Shown piece by piece: positions 28,601 through 41,170 of a DNA stretch of 64,000 nucleotides. Position 1 is the stretch's first letter; each line of letters opens with the position of its first letter. Source of the stretch: Tubulanus polymorphus (taxonomy: Eukaryota; Animalia; Nemertea); contig NC_134025.1 of NCBI RefSeq assembly GCF_964204645.1, forward strand, positions 19,443,101-19,507,100, given 5' to 3'. Position numbers and translations under genes: made by a program. A model generated the notes under the pieces. The model was not told the DNA's origin and searched no databases. It saw only the letters and a list, made by a program, of their open reading frames with translations.

Positions 28601-29127
28601 GTTACGTTTAATCTCTCTTTTTGGAATTAATTGTAATGAATGTTTAAAGTCACACTAATTAGTCTTCGGTGTTACATGCAACCCTCTCTAAAGATCATTG
28701 AGTTTGATAATCAGAATTTCTCTATACTTAAATCGGAATAATATTATGTTTGATCTTGAATCTTTTTAGTAGGACCGGATTAAAAAGATGTTTGAACTAA
28801 AAAGAAAAGGTTTCATAAGGGATGATTCACACTTCCTGCATGTAGGCAAAAATTAGTTTTGAAAGTTTTGTAAGAAAGAATAATGCACAACAAAAAAAGG
28901 AAACAAAAAACGCTCAAATATATTTCTATATAAAGGATCTTTATTTGTACATTTTATACTGAACCTACCAAAGAAAGGAAATAAACTCCAAAGCATATCG
29001 TTATAATAATAATTTTAGAAATACATTCTGCTGAAAAGTATGACTGGGTGCGTTGTTCATGGCGACTACCATATTCTTTCCCAATAACATTGCGCTTACA
29101 TTTCATACCACGAATAACGCAATGCAA

Positions 29128-30305
29128 ATATAGGGACTGGGTGTCAGCTACACAGGACCTTATACAGGGACTGGGTGTCAGCTACACAGGACCTAATATA
29201 GGGACTGGGTGCCAGTTACACAGGGCCTAATATAGGGACTGGGTGTCAGCTACACAGGACCTAATATAGGGACTGGGTGTCAGCTACACAGGACCTAATA
29301 CAAGGACTGGGTGTCAGCTACACAGGACCTAATATAGGGACTGGGTGCCAGTTACACAGGGCCTAATATAGGGACTGGCTGTCAGCTACACAGTACCTAA
29401 TATAGGGACTGGGTGCCAGTTACACAGGGCCTAATACAGGGACTAGGTGTCAGCTACACAGGACCTAATATAAGGACTAGGTGTCAGTTACACAGGGCCT
29501 AATATAGGGACTGGGTGTCAGCTACACAGGACCTTATATAGGGACTGGGTGTCAGCTACACAGGACCTAATATAGGGACTGGGTGTCAGCTACACAGGAC
29601 CTAACATAAGGACTGGGTGTCAGCTACACAGGGCCTAACATAAGGACTGGGTGCCGGTTACACAGGGCCTAATATAGGGACTGGGTGTCAGTTACACAGG
29701 ACCTAATATAAGGACTGGGTGTCAGCTACACAGGACCCAACATAAGGACTGGGTGTCAGCTACACAGGGCCTAATATAAGGACTGGGTGCCAGTTACACA
29801 GGGCCTAATATAGGGGCTGGGTGTCAGTTACACAGGGCCTAATATAAGGACTGGGTGCCAGTTACACAGGGCCTAATATAGGGGCTGGGTGTCAGTTACA
29901 CAGGGCCTAATATAAGGACTGGGTGCCAGTTACACAGGGCCTAATATAGGGACTGGGTGTCAGCTACACAGGATCTTATACATGGACTGGGTGCCAGTTA
30001 CACAGGGCCTAATACAGGGACTGGGTGCCAGTAGTTACACAGGGCGTAATACAAGGACTGGGTGCCAGTTACACAGGGCCTAATATAGGGACTGGGTGTC
30101 AGCTACACAGGATCTTATACATGGACTGGGTGCCAGTTACACAGGGCCTAATACAGGGACTGGGTGCCAGTAGTTACACAGGGCGTAATACAAGGACTGG
30201 GTGCCAGTTACACAGGGCCTAATATAGGGACTGGGTGTCAGCTACACAGGATCTTATACATGGACTGGGTGCCAGTTACACAGGGCCTAATACAGGGACT
30301 GTGCA
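29128..30305. repeat. 34-bp minisatellite (ATAGGGACTGGGTGTCAGCTACACAGGACCTAAT), ~35 copies
   Basis: Visible tandem units; 139-bp higher-order unit at the 3' end. Confidence 0.95.
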
Positions 30306-33050
30306 CAGGGCCTATATATAGCATAGAGACTGGCTGGGGCCGCGGGGGTCTACACAGGGCTAATATAGGGACAGAGAAATACAGAGACAGGGCCCAATAT
30401 TAGGAGAAATTTACCTGGCTGAAGGGATACCATCGTCAACATTATCATCGACACGCCTTCTTGGAATCTGGATGCGTGACTTCCAGTGACTGCTCAAAAT
30501 ATGACTTTTTTTGAACATGTGAAATCTTATTCGATTTGAACTTAGTGAATGGACAAAGTGGGAAATGGTAGCGCTCACTCTTGTATTTTTCAGCACAACA
30601 TAAACCACTACACAGTTCAAGCTGAGCGTGAATCTCCCCAATATCACGGTAAAAAGTTGACATCTTTAACCAGAACTAATCAACTAATCATCCAAACTGC
30701 CACCATTTTGTGAAATCATATGACTGATATGTTTCCCAGGAGGAGTGCTCCGGATTGTGTGCTACGCGCACAGTGTGGGAGCTACTCGGTGTCAGTTGCT
30801 ACATGTCAAGTTCATATGTAACTCGGTAATTAATTTTTCCTTTCGATCACATGCATCCAGAAAACCCGTTATCGCTGCTTTGCAGCTATATTTTAAAGAT
30901 TGTGATCAAGCTAACCATAACAGACCTGGCAGCTATAGAACTGAACTGATTACAAATGTTATTGCATTTTACAAAATGACCTGGCCGATTAGGAGAAACA
31001 AGGTAGGCCCTAACATTTTTTAAGCCTAAATACTTCAAATGACGAAATGAAATCTGGATTGCAATGCCCAAAATATTTTTTTAGATTAAGATTTCAACCC
31101 AAAATGTGAAATGATACATCCTGTAATGAGATCTACAGTAATTCACTTTTCTAGTCCTAGTTTGTCCAACTTAATGGCTTGATTAGATCTTAGGCCTTAG
31201 CCGACAGATCATGATAAGGCAGCACCATGATCCCTGTAGGACTAGGACATTTAATCACTGTAGGACTAGTACTCATAGAAATATGGGCCCAGCCTCCTAC
31301 TAGGGCACCCCTCAAAGTCAATTCCAAACAGTTCAACAATGGCTATCCAGTAAGCCACCAAAGGCGGATCCCGGATCAATTTTGGCTGCCTCGCCCAAGA
31401 AAAAGGGCACATTATAGGAATCAACCTCAATGCACAGTAACAATCATTCTCAAGGATTTTTTTGCTGTTTCTTTGTAAGCGACTACAACATGATGCCATT
31501 TACTTTTTACTGTGCCTTTTCAACGCGCCCGTAGCCAAGATTTTCACAGGACAGGCACAGACTTCGCCAGAAAAGGGCACAATTCCTGCACAAAAATTAA
31601 GCTAATAACAGATGCCCTATTTTGTCAATTTACAGTTAAAATAAGATTAAATTTTGCCTTTTTGACAGCGAATTGCCTTCTCATTTGAAAATCTACCCAT
31701 TTCAGCAAAATCTTTGAATGTCCTTCAAGGCAAGAAAATTCTAAAGATTCTTGAAATATTCTTTCTTTTCTTCAATTCTGATGCCTTCAATTTTCAACAT
31801 ATTTTAATCAGTAAGGCCTAGATATTCTGTTTTATGCCCTTTTCACACTTTTAGGCTGCCCTTTTCCAGAAAATACTCAATGTGTACAATTGAATATTCA
31901 AAACACCACTCAGGACCCTAAGGAAACAATTGTCTGAGGCACACCGTCAGGAAATTGGGCCTGAAAAGGCTTTTGAAAAGTTCTCAAATTCATTTTGAAT
32001 TTTTTCTGCCTTGAGGCATGTGAGGTACCCTAAATCTGCCGCTGGCCACCTTGAATCTGATTGCGCCAGTTTTTTGGGCTGCAAAATGTCCAGGGTAGTT
32101 GTATGTACACATGTATAAACTAAATACATGTACAGGTATCAAGACAATCCACTAAAGCATCTTCAAAACTTCCCACAATAAGGGACTCTTCGTACGCAAG
32201 CCCTAGGTAGGACCTCAACGGCTAAAGCGTACAATCTGCATACAAAGCTAGGTAGCAATTTACACAAAGAGTACGTACTTAAATCAAAGTGCACTAATTT
32301 TTTCTGTATAATCTTGTAGTAGCCTAGCTACTCATCTAGGTAGTTGTCCAGCCATGAGTCTGGAACAATATTATGAATTCATTGCCCTTTTTAAAAGGGT
32401 GCATCCTTGTAAATCCCTCCAAGAGGGGCAAGCTTTAAGGCTGGCTTATGTCGACAAGCAACGCAACTCCTACCGACGCAACTGAGAGCAACCGCGATCG
32501 CAGCCCAGCTTATGTCGACTGCGCTCCGATTCGCAGGAACTGAGGCCGACTAGCGGGATATGAGATCCTCCCAGTTGCTTCCCTGCTTATGTCGGTTGCG
32601 ATTACTAGCAACTGCAAAAGCTCAAATGGTCACGTGATAAGCATTTTGAGAATTAATTTGAATTATTTCTATTATAATTATTATATTAATATATTTCTAT
32701 TAGAAAAGCTATTTCTTTAAGGCTTTGATCTTTCTGATTCTGTTTTGAATACAACGTGCTAGCGACATCATATAAAGATGGCCGCTCACACCAAAATTCT
32801 ACTAATTTCGTTTCTAGATCTCCGGTCCAGTCCTCTGCCGTGCTGAAGGTTTGGTTTACATTTTGTTTCTATCCGGCTGTTATAGAAACAAATTGATTGC
32901 AAATTTCATTCCAGTTTACAGAGTGACCCGGCTGATTAGGAGAAACAGGGTATCACATTCATGTATTTAGCAAAATAGCCTGCTGGGCTAAAAATCCGAT
33001 TAATTAAGCCAGGATTAAGTTGTACATGCTGTAAATTATGATTGTTATCA

Positions 33051-33308
33051 TCAATGCAATGACACTAACTTTACATTAAATTTCGTATTCATACGCAAGG
33101 ACAAATCTCGAATAACATCTTCATTTTCCAATCGAGAACAAGTATACTGATCATTCGTGGTACTTGGAAATACTTCATTTTCAGTTTTTAAATCAACCAA
33201 CAATGTTAAACAAATTCCATCATTCTTATACTGAGGTTTACCAGAATGTTCCACAGTTAGAACACCTGCAACTTTACGAACAAGATTTTCACATTTTCCA
33301 AATGCATC
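33051..33308 (-). CDS. NUDT18: NUDT18-like exon 7 (terminal)
   Basis: DAFGKCENLVRKVAGVLTVEHSGKPQYKNDGICLTLLV...VSLH*, cf. [22 protein letters not shown]; joined CDS is 996 nt and in frame. Confidence 0.87.
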   Translation of the reverse strand, partial: DAFGKCENLVRKVAGVLTVEHSGKPQYKNDGICLTLLVDLKTENEVFPSTTNDQYTCSRLENEDVIRDLSLRMNTKFNVKLVSLH

Positions 33309-33531
33309 CTGAAAAAAATATTTGTGTACCAAGTACATGTTATGCCATTTCATGAATCAGAATACCGGTAGATGGTAAGCAGTCTCTGCTCAAGGCAGAT
33401 CTAATCAACTCTGATAGTTGTTTCGCTCGGATCGTTGATACAATATTTTTGTAACTCAAATATATAACATCTAAACTCATAGATAACTGATGAATTTTTA
33501 CTGTCCCTTAACATCTGATGTAATAACTTAC

Positions 33532-33637
33532 CTGTAGTACCAAGTTGAGAGCTGTGAATATACTGGGATCACTGGGTGAAATCACACATGTAGGTAAATG
33601 AGGATTACTGTCAGTCCTTCTTAACACGAATAATGCA
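33532..33637 (-). CDS. NUDT18: NUDT18-like exon 6
   Basis: ALFVLRRTDSNPHLPTCVISPSDPSIFTALNLVLQ (PHLP motif); tgtAG acceptor, CAG|GTaag donor. Confidence 0.82.
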
Positions 33638-34239
33638 CTACAATGAATCGAACATTGATTATCAAGATAGTGTACGATTTCATTATTCAATGCCCCCTGG
33701 TGAGCATATGGAAATCGATGATGTTGAAACTCAGCACTAGAACACGTCATAATGACACTATTGCATTCCATTGTGATTACAAAATATGACTGACTGAAAA
33801 AAAATTTAACAGGGGTTTTAGAGACGATGTGCCCACTAGGTGAAATTCTTGACATCCGCCTATTCAATATTCAACACTCCCTGAATACAGAAATCAATGA
33901 GCTTGAAACTCATCGCAAGCATAGAGCTTGTCATGAGCTACATTTCTGCAATTGATTGTGGTTATAAAATATGCTTAGCTACCAATATATATGGAAGAAC
34001 CATGTTATTCCACGACGCCCTCTGGTAAAAATACAGAAATCAATTACCTTGAAACTCACAATAATCATGAAGCTTGTCATGAGCTTCAATTCGCAATTGA
34101 TTGTGATTAGGAAATATGCCTACGTAGGTACCAATATGCATGGAAATGCCATATTATTCCATTATTTAATGCCTACTGGTAAACACAAACAGAAACTAAT
34201 GAATCCATAGAAGCAAAAACAGTACAAATCTCATTTTCT

Positions 34240-34830
34240 AATGAGTAATATATATTTATTAAAGTGAACGTTTTTGGGAGTTACATTATCCCCTCTTCAG
34301 GCATAGCGCAAGTGATTAAATTTACATATCATACTGGTATTTATATAGAATAAGGCGAAGCTAATTATAAACAATTTCAAATTACTGAGTGACAAGATAA
34401 TTATAATACAAAGATAATTAATTACACACAATCTAAATTACTGAGTGAAGATATTTGACTAGTAGTTAATTATCTAAAAACATTGAGAATGAATCCTGAC
34501 CCGTGTTCGAATAGTTGTTGGTAAGAGAGGGCTGTTGAGTTTTGATAAAAAGTGCTTCTCTAATTTTGCAATCTAAATCAGAAGAACCTTTATCTAAAAT
34601 TTTGAAATTCTTTTCACTAAACGAGACCTGACTGTCACGGCAATTTGACAGATGTTGGCCAATTGCTGAAATCTTAAGTTTGTGCTCCTTAACTCTTGTT
34701 ACTAGGTGTCTTTTTGTTTTACCTATATAGGCAGTGTTTATATCACATAAACAAGTATACTTGTAGACAACCATAGCTTTCAAGGATTAAGGAGTCGGAC
34801 ATTTAAGTGAAAAGAAATTCTTAATCTCAG
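34240..34830 (-). mobile_element. 3' fragment of a second Penelope-like element (GIY-YIG endonuclease + 3' pLTR region)
   Basis: VVYKYTCLCDINTAYIGKTKRHLVTRVKEH...SAIGQHL...KIREALFIK...PSL; degenerate hammerhead CTGAAGA-GGGGA...TCCC-AAAAACGTT at ~34264-34304. Confidence 0.85.
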
Positions 34831-35632
34831 TGGTTATGCAAGGGGATCATGAAGGGGCCAATTGCCGCCCAAAATATATATAATACACTCGAGATTTAGT
34901 CGATAGTGATAAGTAGGAAAAATGTAAAAATGATACATCAACAACGAAAGTAGCTAAAGATTTTGCTATGAAAAAGGCATATAAAACATTACTCGGTGGC
35001 CACAACTTCCCAATGAACTGAATGGGACATGACCCTCAGTACACCTGCGTGCCCCACTCCATGGGAATGGAGTTTTCACGCTGTTCATTCGCGGTGCCAA
35101 CTGCACCTAAAGCTCTGCCCGTCAATATGGCGTACTACGATTGCATCCAGACGATAACTCTGAACTTCTGCAACACCCCCGTTGAAAGGGAAATTAAGTA
35201 AAATAACTTGATTCCATCTATGGACAACAGACTGTTATTTGTGAAATGAATTACTTTAAGTCTCTATCCAATACTCAGGAAATTCTCGTACTGGATAGTA
35301 TAGTATAGTAGTTTATTTGTCACCATCAATATGTACAAGATTAATAATAACAATAGTAAATTATGAACAATGAGGTGACAGGAGCCTGAACAGAGCCATA
35401 AAGGCTGTATATCCAAAAGGATGTTCAGACACCTTGAACACAAAGAACAAATTAAAGAAAAGAACAAATGAAGAGGGATGAGTTGATGAAAAATTAAGAT
35501 GAATTTAAATCATGCAGACGTGTATGAATTAGGATAGTATTTTATAGTATTATTTTTAGTATTATTCTGGATTCCATTGTTCAAGGTTTTTGGGTTTTGA
35601 GATATAACAATCAGAATTGATAATTAACTTAC

Positions 35633-35782
35633 CCAGTATGTACTTCAGTATGTATTATAACTAGACGTAATACTAACTGCCGGTGTGCATTTATTACTGG
35701 CAGATTGTGACGATGTCGTTCTGATAGTGATTCTGTTCTATAGTCATTTGCCATTTTGATCAAAGGCAATATATCATTTCCT
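35633..35782 (-). CDS. NUDT18: NUDT18-like exon 5
   Basis: GNDILPLIKMANDYRTESLSERHRHNLPVINAHRQLVLRLVIIHTEVHT, cf. AHDILHLVELAAQYRQ...HPLILP; AG/GT. Confidence 0.85.
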
Positions 35783-36196
35783 CTGAAAATGGATAAATGA
35801 TCAAGTTCAACGGCACATTCTACACGAAAAAATTTGCATAGATAGTAATGCTATGCTAATCCATGCAAGATTTCGTCATTGATTTGAAAAAGTCAGAAAC
35901 AGACATTATTTTGACTCTAAAGTATTTCACCCGCTTAAAAACAGCAATAATAGTAACAGTTTCCTCACCATTTTTCTTATCACACATGAAAATCTTCAAC
36001 AGAATCAAAATGCCAATAAAATGATTACAGATTAATCCAATTAAACCAACATCTGCAGAGCTAGAAGATGGGTCTAGTGTTATGGCTTATTTACCGAATT
36101 CAGTAAATTACGGTAGGCACTTCTCTTTACCCCAAAGTCAAATTTAAACACAGAATTAAGATACTGGGGCCAAATGGCATGATCATCAGGACAGAC

Positions 36197-36372
36197 AAGG
36201 TGGAAGTTCGTTATAACGAACTCGGATACAACGATTCATCGGATATAACAAATATAGAATTTCACCCCAAGTAAGAAAATTTGCTTAATTTCATACTGGA
36301 TATAATGAACTATCGGTTATAACGAACATATTTCTTGGTCTCGTGAAGTTCGTTGTAATGAGGTTCCACTGT
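36197..36372. mobile_element. Tigger/pogo-like MITE
   Basis: GTGGAAGTTCGTTATAACGAAC / GTTCGTTGTAATGAGGTTCCACTG-TA. Confidence 0.55.
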
Positions 36373-36452
36373 ATTTACGCATACGTTATCTCATTGAAGA
36401 AAAAAGCGACAAGGTAAACAATTACCATTACAGTGGCTCAATGATTGATTAC

Positions 36453-36558
36453 CTCAAAGGTACACTGCCATGTTTACCCATATTAATATCATTCATTGAG
36501 CACCATTTAGCCTGTAGTGATTCTTTATCCCCTTTATCTTTTGTCTTTAAAGTTCCAC
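36453..36558 (-). CDS. NUDT18: NUDT18-like exon 4
   Basis: (G)GTLKTKDKGDKESLQAKWCSMNDINMGKHGSVPL(R), cf. GGILKTSKEADAESLQAAW; AG/GT, phases consistent. Confidence 0.9.
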
Positions 36559-36927
36559 CTGAAAATTAGTCAATCTTTCAATGAACTCTTTATACGAAGC
36601 CGATGGCCTCGGATTACATGCTGATGACCGATCACCCCTTCAACTGCCCCGGAATAGGCGTGCCTCATCATTCATCGGTTCGCAACATCCAAAGGCAAGC
36701 AGAATCAACTGTATTGATATGAAGCCACATCTACTACACACAGATAAACACAATGAACCAATGTTTTTAGAAAAACTTCCATTGCAGAACAAGTGTAGAG
36801 GGTCTATTGCAGATCAAGTGTTTTAATGCTGCAACTGTATGCATATCTCTATTGTTAATGAGTATGCTGGAATGTTCTGAAATCTCAAGTGTAGAGATAT
36901 AGCCCAGATTTATTCTATCAAACTTAC

Positions 36928-37048
36928 CAGTTATCTGACCAGTAAATATGTATCTATACCATATACCCGTGCTGATCTGAATTGCTAAAAGTGTATCTGG
37001 TTCAAACTCAAGCCCAGTCTCTTCTAGTACTTCACGTTTAACTGCCTC
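36928..37048 (-). CDS. NUDT18: NUDT18-like exon 3 (Nudix box)
   Basis: EAVKREVLEETGLEFEPDTLLAIQISTGIWYRYIFTGQIT; completes the Nudix box GX5EX7REUXEEXGU; AG/GT. Confidence 0.92.
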
Positions 37049-37639
37049 CTTCAATAGATAATTAGAAAAATACTTTCCAATAGGACGACGGAGACATAGA
37101 AATTGAAACTCAAACTTAGGGCAGTGTAGACAAGTTAGTTTGGTTGGTACACACTCCGTAAACATTTTCGCAGTCAGGTCCAAACGAGGTTCCACTGTAT
37201 TAGACAAAGATTTGAGATTCTAGACAATATAAAATGAAAAGTTTAAGGTATACAGATGTACGAGGGGCATAACGGAGCGGTTGACACTTTGAAAACCAGA
37301 AGACCAAAGGTCCTGAGGCTTGAAATATGAAAGCTTGATCATTTTAGCCATGGTACATGTTTAATCATTAAATATCCCAACATGAAAGTAAACCAGAACT
37401 TTGAAAACCAGACGACCAAAGGTTCTGAGGCTTGAAATATGAAAGCTTGATCATTTTATCATTTTAGCCATGGTACACGTTTATTCAATAAAATATCCGA
37501 ACATGAAAGTAAACCAGTCAGGTTAGTTATTGATGAGATAAACTTTATCGACTGACTTAGGTTTTAACAGTTTCACAATAGGATATTTCTTTATATCATA
37601 AGTCATTAGGCCTAAGCTTAAGACCAACGATTATGTGAT

Positions 37640-38517
37640 TATAATATTTCTTCGCTTCAAGACCTTTTTGGGGATAGAAATATATGAATGATCAAGATCG
37701 GCCTAATTGATTGAACAGTCCTCAAAATTTCTCTTGAAAACTTGAAAAATGTGTAAAAAGTGCTGATTTTGGCATACAACAATGGCCGCCAGTTGGCCAT
37801 CTTGTTTCTGACCTGGCCAGTTTTTGGGCTGAAGATGTGTCTAGGGTAGATACATGTATGAATGAAAGAAGGGACGACAGACGAAAAGTGAACGCAATAG
37901 CCCACTGGGACTTAAGTCCCAAGTGGGCGAAAAATTATGGTTTATTGAGATTGCAGTTTCTCTGGTCATATTAAGACCAATTTGAGGTATGTGTTCAAAA
38001 GATAAGCAAAATATATCTCACCAAGCAGCCTGTCGACAAGGACCACCTGCACAGCGTACCCTAATGTTCAAATCGAGAAAATGGCTCTATAACTTTTTAG
38101 CCCTTGGCCCATAGTATCTACATACCAAACTTCGTCAAGATCAGAAAATGATTCTAGGACTAATAGCAATTTAAAGAATTTCCAAGTGCCAACTGTACAG
38201 CGCCCCCTAGAGGTCAAATTGGGTAAGCGGATCAATGAGTAGTATCCATATACCAATTTCACGTCAAAATTGGATTAGAATTGTTGGACATGTAGCGATT
38301 TAAAGATTTTATAAGCGTGACCTGTACAGCGCCCCTAGGGGGGTCAAATTGGGAGAACGGCTCTATAACTTTTAGGCCCTTGGCCCATATTAGCTTCACA
38401 CCAAGTTCAGTCAAGATCAGAAAAGAACTGTACTACAAGTAGCAAATTAAAGCATAAGTTGACGGAGTGACGATAACGGATAATCCCCCTAACCTTCGGT
38501 CACAGCAGAGCTAAAAG
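37640..38517 (+). mobile_element. Partial HINE-like elements (two 3' ends)
   Basis: 37884-37930 matches the 7880-7930 end; 38490-38517 matches the 44150-44176 end. Confidence 0.55.
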
Positions 38518-38638
38518 TCAAAAGACACACAAAAACAAATAGACTTTAGTAACTCCCGAGATCCACCCCTGGAGGCACGCATCAGTTGAGATATCAGTCC
38601 AGATGGAGGGTAGATTTACATTTACTGGTTTGTCTTAC

Positions 38639-38802
38639 CACAATTGTTTCATCAGGCTCCATTCGTCCAGCAGGTAAATACCATTTACCATAACATGAAG
38701 CTTTAGCCTCTTGCATCATCAAAACCTCACCGGCTTCATTAAATATCACGCCACATACAATATAGCAGACTGTTCGTTTGATAAGTGGAACAAAATCATC
38801 TC
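38639..38802 (-). CDS. NUDT18: NUDT18-like exon 2
   Basis: [54 protein letters not shown], cf. NUDT18 [28 protein letters not shown]; canonical AG/GT. Confidence 0.92.
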
Positions 38803-38869
38803 CTACAAATAATCAATTGTTCCTGTTAATAACAAATATAGCTTGATGTTTGTTTAACCCCTATCAAAG

Positions 38870-39215
38870 ATGATTTTAACAAAAGCTATTAATGACCAAA
38901 ATTTACGTTTGAGGCTGGCAACTCAATCTTGTCTGCTGAATAGTAAATACCATCCCCAGGGTTTGGTAAAATTCAAACGGAACATGGCTGCTGCTGATAG
39001 TGCCAAAACTCCACGTGAAAATGACGAGGCGTTTGAAAACGTTTTGGAAAAGATTCAGAATGGTTTCGAGACTGGAAAATATTTTTCGATGAAAGAAATT
39101 CAGGACACAGATCTAGAGCTGTCAGAAGAACCAAAAGCCAGTTTCATTTCAAGAAGATCAACCTTTATCGCAGCTATCATAGACAGACTAGGTCCAGCAT
39201 TTGGTAAACTCCGGT
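38870..39215 (+). pseudogene. Probable N-terminal fragment of the same Academ-like transposase
   Basis: ORF with SKYHPQGLVKFKR...EAFENVLEKIQNGFETGKYFSMKEI, resembling a decayed YHxxC...AF motif. Confidence 0.35.
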
Positions 39216-40559
39216 AAATGAATTTCTCAAATTCTTTCTCTCAATTAAAACAAAAAAAATAACAAATATAGCTGCATAGCAGCGATAACGGGTTTCTGCC
39301 TAACTGGTTCATATATCACACTGGGAAGCGTCATCGAAATAATTCTAATCAGTCCATAACATATGACTTATTTCCAAGAAGCGCAACCTGGGTCAACAAT
39401 ATGCTGGATATATGGATCCAGCTACATACAAGGGCTACCACGTAAGAAGTATCGATGTACCAAAATGGCTTAACCGAAGATTCTTTCGAAGTCCCCTGGT
39501 GGCAGTTGCATGAACTAGTCTGTCGCACATGCTCTCCTGGCGCGTTTTGATCCATAATTTCGTTAATAGTAGGTTGATCTACCTTTATGCATCAATTTGT
39601 CTAGTGAGGAATTTGCATTCAGAAATAAACAACGATTTTCAACAAGTTGCTTTTGTTTTCATTTATCAGTGACAGTTTACATATTGCTCATATGTTTGAA
39701 CTATAACAACTTTGAAAACGAACGTATACTCAATGAACATTAATTTACTTCAATCACAAAGAGGGGATTATTATAGGTAGGCCTAACAAAATTATTGCAT
39801 TGTCGGGATTAGAACATGTCGGGATTAGAACATGATGTGGCACCAACTGCGTCAACGTCTTTGCGATTAAGGTAATGTTGATCCGAGTTCATCTGCCAAA
39901 CAGATGATATACTGGTGGTACAAAATGCCGGCTATAGATGAAACAGAAACGGGAAATGACGGATTGGGACCTATATAGGTCCAATTTTGTGATTTGCAAA
40001 AACAAAATGGCGGCTTTTTGAATTGCTCATATATGAGTCAGATAGCGAGAATTGACGTGTCCAGACTATTGCGAGTCCTAATCTGTGATTTACGGTTGAG
40101 TTGATGCTCAAGGTCATCGGGTAATCTTTCGGGATGCACTTTTATCAATGGATGACGATTCTTTGCGTTATTCTTGTCGCTGTTTAGACCCGGTAATTAC
40201 ACGGGATTAATTCATAATAAATCACTACACGCATAATAAATCACTACACGCAAATTTGAAATGGTCAGGCGCTGAGTTATATTTTTGACAGAATTGAAAT
40301 TTACGTTTATAAGCTATTAGTAGTCGAATCTGAGAGGAGTTACATTTCATGAAAAATTTTTGGCTGGAAAGTGGAAAATTTATTATAATAATAATCAACA
40401 GAATTACAAGAGGGTTTCTGCGAAAGCAGCAGAAACCCTAATTAGTATTTCAGTGGGTATAGTTGGTTTACCTCTAACATACGGTGCATATTAGAATTAT
40501 GCGACAACATGATATCGCACATCAAATCATTTCATTTTTCTAGTACTGGATGTATTAAA

Positions 40560-41170
40560 AAACAGTGGTCTCTAATTTTACGGGGGTTATTGCAGAGACG
40601 ATTCTGCTATATTGCTACCAAAGTCTATGAAAGATGGTTCTCTTCACATTAAATCAATTAAGACATCAGATTCACAGCATTTAGGACAAGGAGATTCTTT
40701 TGATTTCAAAAGTCATAATGATACTGAATGCGATTTGGTTCTCCTTGCGCCCTCTCTACGGAAAGATCTCGATAGCACACCAGGTCACTCAGGCTGGAAT
40801 CATATTGACAGCAGCCATGTTAAAAGATAATCCCAAATAATCTACGCAAATTTCATGAAGTTTTGATAAATGGTGAAAATGGTGTTGAGAACATAGAAGA
40901 ATCTAGACAAGTTGAAAACATAGCCCAAATTATCATATACGCTGCATCACATCATAGAAGTTGACCCCGAAGCATATCAACGACGCGATCTGAAAGATTG
41001 GTTACACGGTTTCATGCAGCTGGTCCCATAGGTATTGATACCATAAGACAAATTGATACGAGTATAGCAAATGATGCCTTAGAAAACAGTACAGAAAATG
41101 GGTTGTACATACCCACAGAACTTACAATGTATGAGCCTGAAAACCAATAAGCCTTTTTACAGTTTCCAGG
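40560..41170 (+). pseudogene. Degraded Academ-like transposase fragment in NUDT18 intron 1
   Basis: Frameshifted translation IPNNLRKF..LING..VENIAQIIIYAAS..LVTRFHAAG..DTIRQIDTSIA..ENGLYIPTEL..FLQF, resembling the region before the Academ DDE core. Confidence 0.5.
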
